A DNA stretch of 63,424 nt, filler included, from Octopus bimaculoides (GCF_001194135.2; 7 parts of 6 records of this genome joined end to end with filler, not necessarily neighbours in it); one strand, 5' to 3'; counted from the whole stretch's first letter, positions 25,660-38,005 are shown. A program made the numbers and translations. Notes: a model not told the origin generated them from the letters alone.

Positions 25660-26120
25660 TAATATGTAATAGTGACAGGAATATTTGTTTTCTTTGTTAA
25701 CCAAGATTCATTAATAACCATTTTTGTTTGAACTACCATATTTTCTCTCAAAGCTACTCTTTTCTTTATCTCGAGATCATGCTTGGCTCTGCTGTCATAA
25801 AGACATGTAAAGCACGAGTATTTCATGGTGCCACTTTTTGACGAAAGAGGAAGTTTATCATTTTTAGGCTTACTAGTCATCCATCATCTTCTCCAAGACG
25901 AAAGTCGTTTTTTCGTACACCTCTTTCATATTCGTTGACTAACCAACTAGAACTGAACTGTTTATGTCACGGTAGTATGAAACTCAGCTTGGAACTATCA
26001 ATGAAAATCAGTCATTAATTTGATCAATATACTGATACATTCTTATCAGAAGGTCTTTGAATCATAGGTTGTTGACCTTAAGAAGAAGAGCATCAAACCT
26101 TTGTTGCTATTTTCTGCAAC
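25660..26120 (-). mobile_element. Decayed RTE-type RT fragment
   Basis: Minus-strand DSRAKHDLEIKKRVAL..NESWLTKKTN resembles the post-YLG region of RTE RTs. Confidence 0.5.
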
Positions 26121-26189
26121 TATAAAACATAGTCATAGTTCCATCAGTCATTCACTCCAAGTTGGTGAAAACGGGGATTAGATGGCATT

Positions 26190-27530
26190 CCACCTTGTGT
26201 AAAAACAAAAGAGATAGGAGCGATTTCTGAGCACCGTTGGGAAGTTCTTCCCTAAGCTAACTGCAGAAAAACGCTGAAAAGGCGTACTTTGAATCTCAAA
26301 GCGGCTTCAGATCGGGATGTTCAGCTATTGATATGATTTTCTTTCATCAATTACAAAAGCCGGTCCTTGAACTTGTTAGCAGAGATGGCCTGTTAAAGTG
26401 GGTTATTTCGAGGTTATTCAAGATTGTTCAGTCATTCCACACAGATATGAAAGTATCGTTTTGTTTGATGAATCTTCCAGGAATCTTTCAGCATTTTGTT
26501 TTTCACTGACATGCTGGAGTCCGCATTTGGAGCATCAACTTATAATATTTAACTTGACATTAGATGAAACTGGAAACCATTCAATCTATTCCGAAGGGCA
26601 GAATGCAAAGTGCGCGTACACATCGGAGAGAAACAGTTTGCAGATCATGCGGCACTGGCAACGCACTTGAAGGAGCAGCTGCACCACTCCAAAGTTAGTC
26701 TTATAAGAGCTTGCCAAGTCTTTGGATTCATCATCAGTTTGAAGAAGATGAAAATGTTGGGTTAAAGTGTTGAGCACTCCTCTACCATTACAACCAACAC
26801 TTGCGAGGTGGAGGTAGTCCATTAGTTTACACATCTCAGCTTCACTATAACGGACAATCTCTCTAGAGATTAGAAGAGCTGCCTCAACAGTAACTAGGCT
26901 GACAGTGAGTGTCTAGAAAAACAATGAGTTAACAGTACTCAAGAAAGTTGCAGTCTACAGATATTGCATTCTGAAGACACTGCTTTCCAGCAATGAAATC
27001 TGGAGCATGTATTCCACACACGACAGGCGTCTCAAAGCCTCCTACTCACGCAGGCTGAGAAGGATCCTGGACATCATGTCGTCTGACCGAGTCATCAACA
27101 ACGAAGTCTTGGCTCCTTATCCTAGTGTAACGACGAAATCGCCGCTGAGTGAGCCTCATACACAGCTTGTCAGAAGCGAATGCCGAAGGACCTGCTGTAT
27201 AAGGAACTGGTCTCCAACAAGAGAATAGAAAGTCGATCCTATTCTCGTTTCAAAGATGTCTGCAAGAGAGTGAAGCCTCTGTACAAGAACGTTGGGAGAT
27301 GGGAAGACATTATTTATGATCGCTTTCGCTGCAAACTGGAACTAGACAAGAGCTTAAAAGACTCGAAGAGAAATTGAAGCTAGCCGATGAAGAAAAGCAA
27401 AATCGACAGAAAACAGCACCATGATGAACGAGGCAGAGAGCGCCTTCGAATACAATCACAGCGGCCTTGACTCTTTCTCTCACTTGCAAGCTTCCAGCGT
27501 CACAGCTGACTCAGCTCTCCCAACAAGACC
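26190..27530 (+). mobile_element. Decayed RTE-BovB-like LINE, RT to 3' end
   Basis: ESQSGFRSGCSAIDMIF, QFADHAAL, RRLRRILDI, MPKDLLYKEL, RFKDVCKR. Confidence 0.85.
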
Positions 27531-28797
27531 AAAGCAAGACTTTCCAGGCAGAGCTCCATAGTCTTACAAAACTACCGAATGTCTCCTCCTTCTCCCCCTC
27601 CTCCTCCCCCTTCTCGTATAGAATATATAAGTGGTTTCACCTCATTAATAACTGTCAGTCAGAAATTTAATTCCGATTCAGTGTTGATTGAGTTGCGAAA
27701 TTGGAACATAGAATGTTTCAGACCGCATACCTTGCCGTTTTAAACACATCAACTTACAATTGATCATTTATTAGATATTATAAAAATGAATTAGGGTTGG
27801 AATTATCTGGAAGAATATATGAAGCTTATGGGAGATCCAATTGTGATTAATTGATTAGTCAATGATAGTTGCGTAGGTTTCATGATATCTGCATTTTGAT
27901 CTTTTGTATGATCGATCAACAAATGAATGCATTTATCTATTTCTACGTTAACAATAATCTTATTTCATACTTCGTATCAAAATTCTCCAAGGAGAGTGCC
28001 ACCAACAATAATCTTCCATCGGGAAAACTTTCTCGTGTTTATATTGATAATACTTTTGTATCATATTCTATTAAATATCAAGCAATATACAATATAAAAG
28101 TGGCTCAGCTTTATTTTATCGGATGGCACGCAGTTGTTTCTCTTTTTAATACGTAAATAAATGAAATAAGTAATGATTTACAACTTAATAGTCTCCAGAG
28201 ATATGTTTGAATATCAGAGAGGCTTTATTGAAACTATATTTATACTAACTTAAAAAAGATGCACAGTGCAGACGGCAGCAGTTCAGTTTCTATCGGCTGA
28301 GTCTACTTCAAGATCTACCTTGCACTGCACTTACTCAAAAGAAAACAGGATTCCCGTTATAGAGTACAGAAATTTAAACCAGTCAATTCTGACGCGTCAT
28401 TCAGCTTCGTTATCAAGCTACTCCCATGCCTACAAGTACATCTATTCGTTGTGGAATCTGTCCCTCCTCTCTTTATCACAATTTAGTTTCAAATGTCTAA
28501 TTACAAGTGAAATGAACTTACTATTGTCGGAGGTTCTTATATTTATAACTCCGTGAATACTCAATGTTATAAGTATGTTCAAAATTTAGGGTTAATAATA
28601 AAAAAAAGAAGAGAAGCCAAATTTGGTAATTTCGTTTGAGATGCAAAGTACTTTTATTAGAATTATAAACAGTTTGGTTAAATTAAGTTGGTAATGAGAA
28701 CAAAGCGTCAAGGTAACATGGAAAGAAAATCTGAATCAATACAAATATCAAAAAATGAAAACAGACATTGAAATTTGGGAATAGAGAGAGAGTGTGA

Positions 28798-28852
<55 letters not shown>

Positions 28853-29396
28853 GACGTAATAGAGGAAATGATTAATATGTTAAATGGTACATGTGAATAA
28901 AAGCAAATAAATTATAGAGAAAAAATTAGCCAGAATGAGACTGAAAAAAGAAAAAAAATATTCTATTATTGAAATGACTGGTTATGCAAAATTGTACAGT
29001 AGCAAGTAACTGCATCATCAGCAGGACAAAATAGTAGATGGAGTCAGGCTATGGTTGCTATGATATAAATGAAAATAGTTTGTAAACAGAGGCAGTCAGT
29101 TTCCTTTGTCTCCAACGTCTCCACTATATTTTGATCAGTGCTAGTTAGTTCACCTATGTACCCCTTCACCGCTAACACATACCACCTACCACTAACGTAT
29201 TCAGATTTTCATATACTACTACACATTAAAGTAGAAAGAAGTAACAAACCATCATCATTATCATAAGCAACTTCTTATTATTCAGTATTCAAAGGCAGGC
29301 CCTGTTTGCTACGGTTTGATAACACTGCCAACAGGCATCAATTTAACCGAGGGAAAGCACCTCGACGGAGCGTTCTCCAATCTATATACACATACG

Positions 29397-29722
29397 GTAA
29401 GGTCTCAGTGTGTATTGCAGTTAATTGAAAAACTTGAATTAACTGAGTTTATCCAATTAACTAGTAGACAAAATCTACCTTCAGGTGTCTATAAAATCTA
29501 AAAACCACAAATAAGGGAAATAACCCTAATACCGTCCCGATTGAAATGTTTTGGACAATAAAGTCAATGCAGATGTGTTATCCACCCCACGTGATTTGTC
29601 CTTATTGTTTTTTAGAATTTAAATATCTAAAGGCGGAATTTTTTTTATCAATTAATTGTTTGGATAATCTCTATTGAATGAAGTTTTCAGTTCACTGTGT
29701 TACGTATCTGAGACCTTATATT
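29397..29722. mobile_element. Old palindromic MITE-like element
   Basis: 29397-29525 aligns to the reverse complement of 29590-29722; ends TAAGGTCTCAG / CTGAGACCTTA. Confidence 0.65.
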
Positions 29723-30319
29723 CATTGAAGTACTGCTTGTAATTTTACTTTTGGCACATAGTGATTAATTCTATCGGTCACTGTTTACCGCCCACTCAGT
29801 TCCTCACAGTATTTGCTATAAACGTGTGCTGCGAGAACACTTTTTAATCATTGATCAATAATGCTATTCTGTTGCTTTCGTTTCTCTTGCATTTACTAGT
29901 ACTCCTCTAACAAACCATTTAGCTGTCATATAACCTCACCAGTAACATTTTAACAGAATATTGGTTTCATAGACTCGACCAATGTTCTCTTAAAGTGAGA
30001 CTAGCCATGACATTACGTAGAAAAATCAATAACAATATTTACATATAATTTGACCTTGCCCTGCGAGCTTTTATAATGTGAGGAGGATTTCCATTTATGC
30101 TGCATTTACGCTTCCGTACAAATCTTACTTTACATTAAATGGTTTAACGGACGTGATAATTTTAATCTATATGTTAGATTAAATTTCAATTTGTTTCTGT
30201 CAGTTTTACTGATGATGCGGAATTAAATGTATCAGAATATAAGCAGCATAAAGTTTTGGTAATTTCCTACTAAGCCCTGTAGGTAATATAAGACATTTCA
30301 GAGGAGTCGGTAGCAACGG

Positions 30320-30352
<33 letters not shown>

Positions 30353-31015
30353 GTTAGAATATTTAATTAAATAATAGTTATATATAGTTTATTTATAGTA
30401 GGATTTTATTGAGAAATCTTTTATCTGTAATATAATTGCTTCCTTCTTTTTTGTTTTGTTTTGTTGCATTTAAGATTTCAGTCATCCTTGTAACAGGTAT
30501 GCGTTGAATACGAGTATTAATATAGCGGTTAAACAGCAACCATCTATACTCGATTGGCCGGTGTGCTTCCGAGGGGAATATTGAGTTGGCACTACTGTAT
30601 TAGATGTGTGAAGAGTAAGCAGGCGCAGTGAAAAACGGTTTGAAGTTAATATTTATTTCGCGTGGATAGCCCTCTCATTCCATAGACACATACATATACA
30701 TGCGAATTATCAATAAGTCAGCAATATTCAAATATATCTAGGCGTCATCTATCTATCTATCTATCTACCTACAAACCTACCTATCAACTCCCGCTCCTTT
30801 TCTATCTTTATACCAAACTATCTACGTCCCCCTATATAACTAGGTCCCTATCTAAATACTTATCTACATCCTACCTACGTCTTACACGATAATACCCACT
30901 CCCATGCATTTTCAGTACCAACTGTTACCAACATTTGGGATACTTGACCAGTCTTTTTAAATTTTTTATCTTTCACTTGTTTCAGTCATTAGACTGCGGT
31001 CATGCCGGGGCACCT

Positions 31016-32138
31016 GGATCTTTTCCATTTGGCCGGCACATAGAAAAAATAATTTTTTGTAACAAAACACTTTCAAATTTCGTATACTGGTGGAATGTGT
31101 CATTTAAAACATCATTTACTCTTGGCGTTTTTAAGAACATTCTTTATTCTCGAAGTTATTTCATGTTAAAGTTGTCGTATTTCGGTAATTTCAACCAATC
31201 AATGACGTCTATTGAGATGAAAAAATTACTGCTGTGGTTTGTCAACAAGACGTTCTGACGGTGTATATCTAGTTTGTCACTGTTATTTCTGATATATTTA
31301 CATTTGAGATACACGTGTGTATAGTTTAATCAATTCAGTTATTAGTTATTTTAGCGTTTTCGAAATTGCCTATTTTGTTTGTTGAATCATTTTCATTTGC
31401 TTAGTGTTTAGTTACAAAAATTAATTTCTCGATGTGCCGTTCAAAGGGAAAAGATCCCATTTTGTCCCCCTCTCCCTCCAATTTCTTCATTTTTCACCTT
31501 TTTCCGTAACTCTAACCCTAAAATCCCAACCCTAACCCAAACCCTAAAACCCAAACCCTAACCCTAATCCCTAACCCTAACCCTAACCTAACCCTAACAC
31601 TAAAACCCTATCCCTAGCCCTAAAACCCTAACCCTGACCCTAAAACCCTAACCTTAACTCTAAAACCCTAACCCTAAAACCCTAACTCTAACTCTAACAC
31701 GAAAATCTGAACCCTAACCCTAACCCTAAAACCCTAAAGCTAAAACCAGTACAAACGCACGAACGTTGTCATAACAGTGATAAACGAAATATACACCACC
31801 GATAGTTGTTGTTGACAAACAACAGCAGTAATTTTATTCAGCTGAATAAACGTCATTGATTGGTTGAAATTACCGAAATACGACAACTTTAACACGAAAT
31901 AACTTCGAAAATAAAGAANNNNNNNNNNTTTATTCAGCTGAATAAACGTCATTGATTGGTTGAAATTACCGAAATACGACAACTTTAACACGAAATAACT
32001 TCGAAAATAAAGAATTTTCTTTAAAACGCCAAGAGTAAATGATGTTTTAAATGACACATTCTACCAGTGTCCGAAGTTTGAAAGTGTTTAGTTACAAAAA
32101 ATTATTTTTTCTATGTGCCGGCCAAAAGGAAAAGATCC
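31016..32138. mobile_element. Foldback DNA element with about 245-bp TIRs ending GGATC, telomere-type repeat core
   Basis: 31016-31260 is roughly 90% identical to the reverse complement of the right arm ending GAAAAGATCC at 32138; an extra right end lies at 31400-31457. Confidence 0.85.
31503..31746. repeat. Interstitial (CCCTAA)n / CCCTAAAA array
   Basis: About 37 hexamer/octamer units read directly. Confidence 0.95.
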
Positions 32139-32659
32139 GGGCAGGATCCGCCTCGAATAATTTTTTTTAGTCGAATGAATCGATCCTGATACTTATTTCT
32201 CTATAACTTTTTTTAAAGACTGGTACTTATTCTATCGGTCTTTTTTGCCGAACTGTTAACACACCAACACCGGTTGTCAAGCGGTGATGGGGACAAACAC
32301 TGACACAAAAACACGCACGCACACGCGCGCACGCATACGCGCGCACACACACGTGCGCACACACAAACACACACACACACACACATTCAGTAATATCAGT
32401 GCCAAATAATGATAAGGCATACGCGAACTTTAGGTTAGCTAAAGTATGTTTGTGACATATTTCAACTTGTAAAGGCAAACTGGTTGCAGTCACTGGAGAA
32501 AAAGATTCTTTTACACCTTTTACCATGAGAGACAATTTTTTCTCCACACTAAGTGCAGTGAATTTACTTTTGAAGTTGAAATGTGTCACAAACATATTCT
32601 AACTAGCCTAAAGTTTGCTGAGCCATGTAAAGACACACCTGCTTTTCTCGAACTATTCT

Positions 32660-32815
32660 TTTCGTTCCCGGTGGACATTTTTCCCTCTTTTCTCTTTCTG
32701 ACGAAGAACCTTCTTCGAAGCGTCACACATGAAGCTTTCTCTGAGCGTCAACCTTGTCCATTTACTGTGTACGTCCTTTTCACTTTTGTTGTTTTTCCTA
32801 ATTTCGTTTCAATTT
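32660..32815 (+). mobile_element. Short repeat carrying a degenerate hammerhead motif (Penelope-related / retrozyme-like)
   Basis: Homologous to the reverse complement of 40190-40345 (CTGAGCGTC..ACGTCC..TTGTTGTTTTTC). Confidence 0.65.
32694..32728 (+). ncRNA. Degenerate minimal type I hammerhead ribozyme motif
   Basis: CUUU CUGACGA A GAA-CCUUC-UUC GAAG C GUC ACAC; A15.1 is G and stem I is mismatched. Confidence 0.45.
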
Positions 32816-33173
32816 TTTATTTGCCTACACACAGACACACACACTCGCACATACGACGAGCTTCTTTCAGTTTCCGTCTACCAAATCCACTTACAAGGCT
32901 TTGATGGGCCCGCGGCTATAGTAGAAGACACGTGCCGAAGGTGCTGTGCTACACAGTGAGACTGAACCTGGAACCATGTGATTGGGAAGCAAGCTTCTTT
33001 ATTTCATTACATTTGCCATAAAGGCATAATACAGATGAAGCTTTGCGGGCTGGATACAGACACAATGATGATGATGATGGAATGAAAAAAGAGATGGTTG
33101 GTGGGGGGAGCAGCCAACGCCCGCCGATTGTTACTTCCCGATAACATTGTTCTTTTTTTAAAAAACACAAATA

Positions 33174-33312
33174 AGGTGTTGAACCTCTTACAATAATTAC
33201 AAATTGAGGCGCTGAGCCTCTGACCAATCAAAAAAGTTCAGAAAATATTCAACTTGAGGCGCTAAGCCTCTTACCAATCTCCAAGTTCGAATCGAGGCGC
33301 TAAGACCTCTTA
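33174..33312. repeat. Four spaced copies of hairpin motif GAGGCGCTAAGCCTCTTACCAAT
   Basis: Copies at about 33175 (degenerate), 33206, 33256 and 33294, separated by unrelated spacers. Confidence 0.8.
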
Positions 33313-33931
33313 CTCTACCTCCCTGATTAAGTCTCTTGCCGCCATAAAAGATAATTATATTCTTCCTTAGTAAAGGAATCGATCACCCTGTAGAAATAAT
33401 TTTCCTCCATGACCTCCGCAGGTTTCTGNNNNNNNNNNNNNNNNNNNNNNNNNNNNNNNNNNNNNNNNNNNNNNNNNNNNNNNNNNNNNNNNNNNNNNNN
33501 NNNNNNNNNNNNNNNNNNNNNNNNNNNNNNNNNNNNNNNNNNNNNNNNNNNNNNNNNNNNNNNNNNNNNNNNNNNNNNNNNNNNNNNNNNNNNNNNNNNN
33601 NNNNNNNNNNNNNNNNNNNNNNNNNNNNNNNNNNNNNNNNNNNNNNNNNNNNNNNNNNNNNNNNNNNNNNNNNNNNNNNNNNNNNNNNNNNNNNNNNNNN
33701 NNNNNNNNNNNNNNNNNNNNNNNNNNNNNNNNNNNNNNNNNNNNNNNNNNNNNNNNNNNNNNNNNNNNNNNNNNNNNNNNNNNNNNNNNNNNNNNNNNNN
33801 NNNNNNNNNNNNNNNNNNNNNNNNNNNNNNNNNNNNNNNNNNNNNNNNNNNNNNNNNNNNNNNNTATATATATACGCACACTTACAGACATACAGCCACA
33901 CGCCACCCCCACATACACACACACATATATA

Positions 33932-34245
33932 CAGAGTACGATGGGTAAATTGTCGCCATTTAATACTTTTAATTTTGCGCATGCGCATTGTTTGTTTTTA
34001 TTTTGTCGACTACACTGTATCGTAGGGTCAGTTGGGCACCGTCTCTGTGAAAAACAGCACCATGACGCAATTCACTCTACCAGAAATTTGGAAACGACAT
34101 GCTTGGCATTCGCGACGGCAGCTTCAGTATAGATGGTGAACACACAGAACAACCGTTGGCTTCCCGTGTACCCAAAACATGTACCGAGAGTGATAAAAAT
34201 CAAACATCGAGTCGACGTCATGGTGTTTGGAGTGATCACTGTAAC
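33932..34245 (+). mobile_element. Internally deleted Tc1/mariner-superfamily (maT/DD37D-like) transposon
   Basis: TA followed by CAGAGTACGATGGGTAAATTGTCGCC terminus; MTQFTLPEIWKRHA start; MVNTQNNRWL..VMVFGVIT catalytic-domain piece. Confidence 0.7.
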
Positions 34246-34374
34246 GAGCCACTTCGCTGCTGACTGTAATGATACAACTGAGTAGCGATGATAATGAAAT
34301 GTCTTAATAATGAATGTAATGATAAAACTGGGGATTTTAATGAAACAGGTCAGTAGTGGTGGTTGTAATGGATG

Positions 34375-34509
34375 AGCAGGTGTGGTGGTGTGTTAAGAAG
34401 TTTGCTTCCCAGCTACATGGTTCCGGAATCAGTCTCAGTGTGTCTACTATAGACTCTAGCACAAAAGCATTGTGTGGATTTGGTAGGCGGAACCTGAAAG
34501 AAGCCCGTC

Positions 34510-34587
<78 letters not shown>

Positions 34588-34790
34588 GTGTATGTGTGTG
34601 TGTGTGCGTGTGTGTGTGCGTGTGTGTGTGTATGTTTGCGTATGCTGTCCTCCACCGCTGCTTGACAACCGGTGTTGGTGTGTTTACGCCCCTGTAACTT
34701 AGCAGTTCGGCAAAGGAGACCAATAGAATAAGCACGAAGCTTCACAAAAAATTACTGTGGTCGATAAGTTCGACCAAATTTCTTCAAGAA
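34375..34790 (+). mobile_element. SINE family A with long (TG)n core
   Basis: Head, about 105-bp TG tract, and 3' body with CpGs retained. Confidence 0.85.
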
Positions 34791-35304
34791 AAGATAAGCA
34801 TATAATGTTGGTTTTACCGAAACAGCTGAGTGCTGGTTGCCATGGCACGACTAAGTTATGGTTGTAATGAAACAACTAAGATGTCGATGTAAGGAAATAA
34901 GTTAGCGGTGGTTGCGGTAAAACAAATTTGTGGTAGTTGTAAATACTCCTGCGTTTACTGAAATAACACTTCAGAAATACTTAAAATGAAACACTTCAGC
35001 ATTGAGAAAGTCGATCCAGTTCCTGTGTCTATGCTGCAAGCCGATTCTTGTACTTGAGAGAACGTAGCCATTCTGGTCTGCTTGGCAGAACTAGATTTCT
35101 TTTGCCTTAGGCGAAGTTAATTTCCAAACATTTGGTTCTGATGTTTTAGACAACTTATTCTCTGCTCCAATTTCCTTTTTCTCTCTTCACTTTTGTGCTT
35201 TTGCTACCAACCACACAGGCTCGGTTGTATACATTTGGGTAGCACGTGTAAAATCTGTTTTGAAAAAGGCAAAAATTGAATATGGGAAACATAATGATGC
35301 GTGT

Positions 35305-35845
35305 ATATCTACTACATATGTGGAAATCGGTGTGTGTTTGTTTGTAGCGTGTTAGTTAACTCCTCCTCCATCGTTTTATTGATTTTGATGAAACTTGACA
35401 CGTGAGTGGAACTTATGTCTGAAAACCTTGTGATATACTTAGATTGTTGAAAAAAATCGATAATACGACCCCTGGAAGGGACATTTACATCTCATATAAC
35501 TAATTTTTTAAAACACCCAAGGGAAATAACCCATAGCATATGTACAATATTTTTTGAACACTCAACGGAAATAACCCATTTCATTGTTTATGTTCGATTA
35601 CTTTGAATATTGATTTTTGTGTATCCTATTTCTAGTTTTTGCAGACAATATCACTTTTATACTTTATTTGACATGTGAGTAGAACCCATGTCTAGAAACC
35701 TCGTGACATGCTTAGATTGCTGAAAAAAAATCGGTAACAGGGCCCTTCCAATGGATCCTTCTATGTACTACATATTACTAATATTTTATTTAAACAACCC
35801 AAGGGAAATAACCCATGCCATCCGCAGATTTTAGCGAAGCGATCA
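35305..35845 (+). mobile_element. Helentron/HINE (DINE-like) non-autonomous element with internal tandem duplication
   Basis: TATATCTACTACATATG..GTGTGTTTGTTTG..GATTTTGATGAAACTTG start; about 160-bp block repeated near 35390 and 35680; GCGAAGCG near the end. Confidence 0.5.
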
Positions 35846-36386
35846 ATATTTGAGTCTTACGATCAACCGACCTAATTCTGCATTTCACTATTCACAGTTT
35901 TGAATTGCTAAACATTATTATTGCACTTCCTTAATTCGTATCTTAAACATTAAATACTTCATTCATACATTTTTTTATTCCACAACGTATTTGTAGTGGC
36001 TTCATGTAGGCACAGCGTGGATTCGATCCTCGATTGCCGAATTTCACATAACACTTCAACAGCGCTTTTCAATAGTTTTTCTGTGAATGATAGCAGTTAT
36101 ACATTTCCCAGATGCCTTCGCTAAGCAGAATACTGTCTTTGCCTCTCGCCAACCACCGACAACCTCTCTCACCAACCTCCAACAATATTTCTCTCCAACC
36201 TCCGAAAACCTCTATTGCCAAGCCCCAACAATCTCTCCCTCCTCCAGCTGACAGTTTTTTGTACTTTTTCGTGACGGAAAATACATCTTTTGTGGCAGTT
36301 ATAACGAAATTGCTTTCTTATATCAGAGTAATAAGGCGTTTCAATAGAACATCTTTACCCCCGGGAATTACCGGGTACACCATCTA

Positions 36387-36436
<50 letters not shown>

Positions 36437-37139
36437 TATAAAGCAGAGGTGTCCGTCCCATCATGTATTTCACTTTCATTATTGAACGCTCAAGCAAAAA
36501 CACAAGCCACACACAGATATATCTAATACACACACACACACACACATTACACACACACATTACACACACACATTACCCAAACACATTACACACACACACA
36601 CACGTGCGCGCACACGCGCACACACACACGCGCACACACACACACACATTCATTATATACCAATCAACGCACATATTTAATTCACAAAGAAAAGAAATCC
36701 ATTTCTTTCTAATCATTCAATAAAGTTTTCATAATCGTTGGACAGCTTAATAATGTATGATAAACAGGGGTACATTGCAGGTTATTATCCAGAATTATTT
36801 CAATTTATTTCTAAAATTTTCGCAATAATAACAAGCAAATTAATGAATAGTCACAAGGTATGGTTTTTTTCCTTCCTAAAACAATTAAATAAAATATAAA
36901 ATTCATCAACATTATCGTCGTCCACAATTTCTATAACATCTCTATATTTGTTGGTAAAGCCAAGCTTGCGAGTGGAATGAAAATAAAATCTTATGAGATA
37001 AAGTTTAAAACTAGAGAAAAATCCATCGTTGTTTAGGTCGAGTGCAGCCCCATCAGTTATAGGAATCACTTGCGGTACACTTATATTCCTTTCAAAATTC
37101 GGTGGGACACCTGAACTAAAAAAAAATAACTAAAAGTAC

Positions 37140-37232
37140 AGGGAAAAAATTATACTGAGTTTACACTGCGGCACACCTAGCATCGTCTCATGGCATACCA
37201 GTGTGCTGCTGCATACCTGTTGCGGAGCACTG
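37140..37232 (+). mobile_element. hAT (Charlie-like) right end
   Basis: CGGCACACC..GGCATACCAGTGTGC..GTTGCGGAGCACTG terminal pattern. Confidence 0.5.
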
Positions 37233-38005
37233 CTGTAGAGGTCTGTGGAAAGGAGACAAGCACGGTTTGACCGCGCAAAATCCCACTTTTTGCTTGATCA
37301 TTTTCATGTCAAAATAATTTTTTTCCGCGGACAATTATATATCATTTGAAAGTTTTGGATGTGAACTTTCTCATATACTTCTGATCAAAATACGACACTT
37401 ATATGTCATGCCAAGTTCCCTCAATCATGCTCATATTTCCAACCATTCACAACTTTTACCCGTTTTTGTTTTTGACTGCTGAACAATAGCGCTTGTTCTA
37501 GTTCAATGCGCTGGAGCACAATAACTCGATTTGTGTTGAAAATGATACAGTCATTTTGTTGCTTTATTTTTATATAAAAAAAAATCGTTGTGGGTAGGTT
37601 AGATAATCGTTAGGAAATATAAAAGGGAAAATTTTATCGTTAGTTTTCACTTAGCAAAGAACATATTTTCTTCAAGATTTTTTATAAGAAAAAAAAAAAA
37701 GAATTTTCGCGAATTCTCTATGGCCATTGCCAAATCTGGCCACGATATGGCACAAAAGAGCAAAGACAATAAAAAGGGGACTACCACGGCTGCTTGGATA
37801 GGATTACCGTATACTGACGCTACTTATCAAACGCCAGTTTGACAAACAGTCCGTGGTTGTGAGTTTGTTAGAAAAAAATATTTTCTAACAGAAAAGTATG
37901 CTAGACGAAAAGGTGTGTGATTTAAGAGAGATTTAGCTGTTGTTTCTTGCACATGGTACAACCGTCTGGTACCTTTCTCATCTCTTCCTTCACCTTCCCG
38001 GCACG

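Larger units (their letters stand above)
30970..33000 (-). mobile_element. SINE family A copy split by two nested insertions
   Basis: Tail 30970-31014, middle 32150-32385 and head 32826-33000 are colinear with the family A consensus. Confidence 0.75.

Noticed and set aside
31503-31746. True telomere or chromosome fusion site
   Set aside because: The array is short, degenerate, in one orientation and enclosed by transposon TIRs
31833-32013. About 85-bp exact direct duplication
   Set aside because: The copies flank a 10-N gap; an unmerged contig overlap is the likely cause
33174-33312. CRISPR interpretation of the palindromic repeat-spacer array (also considered for 21340-21603)
   Set aside because: Animal genomic context, no cas genes, irregular spacing and degenerate repeats
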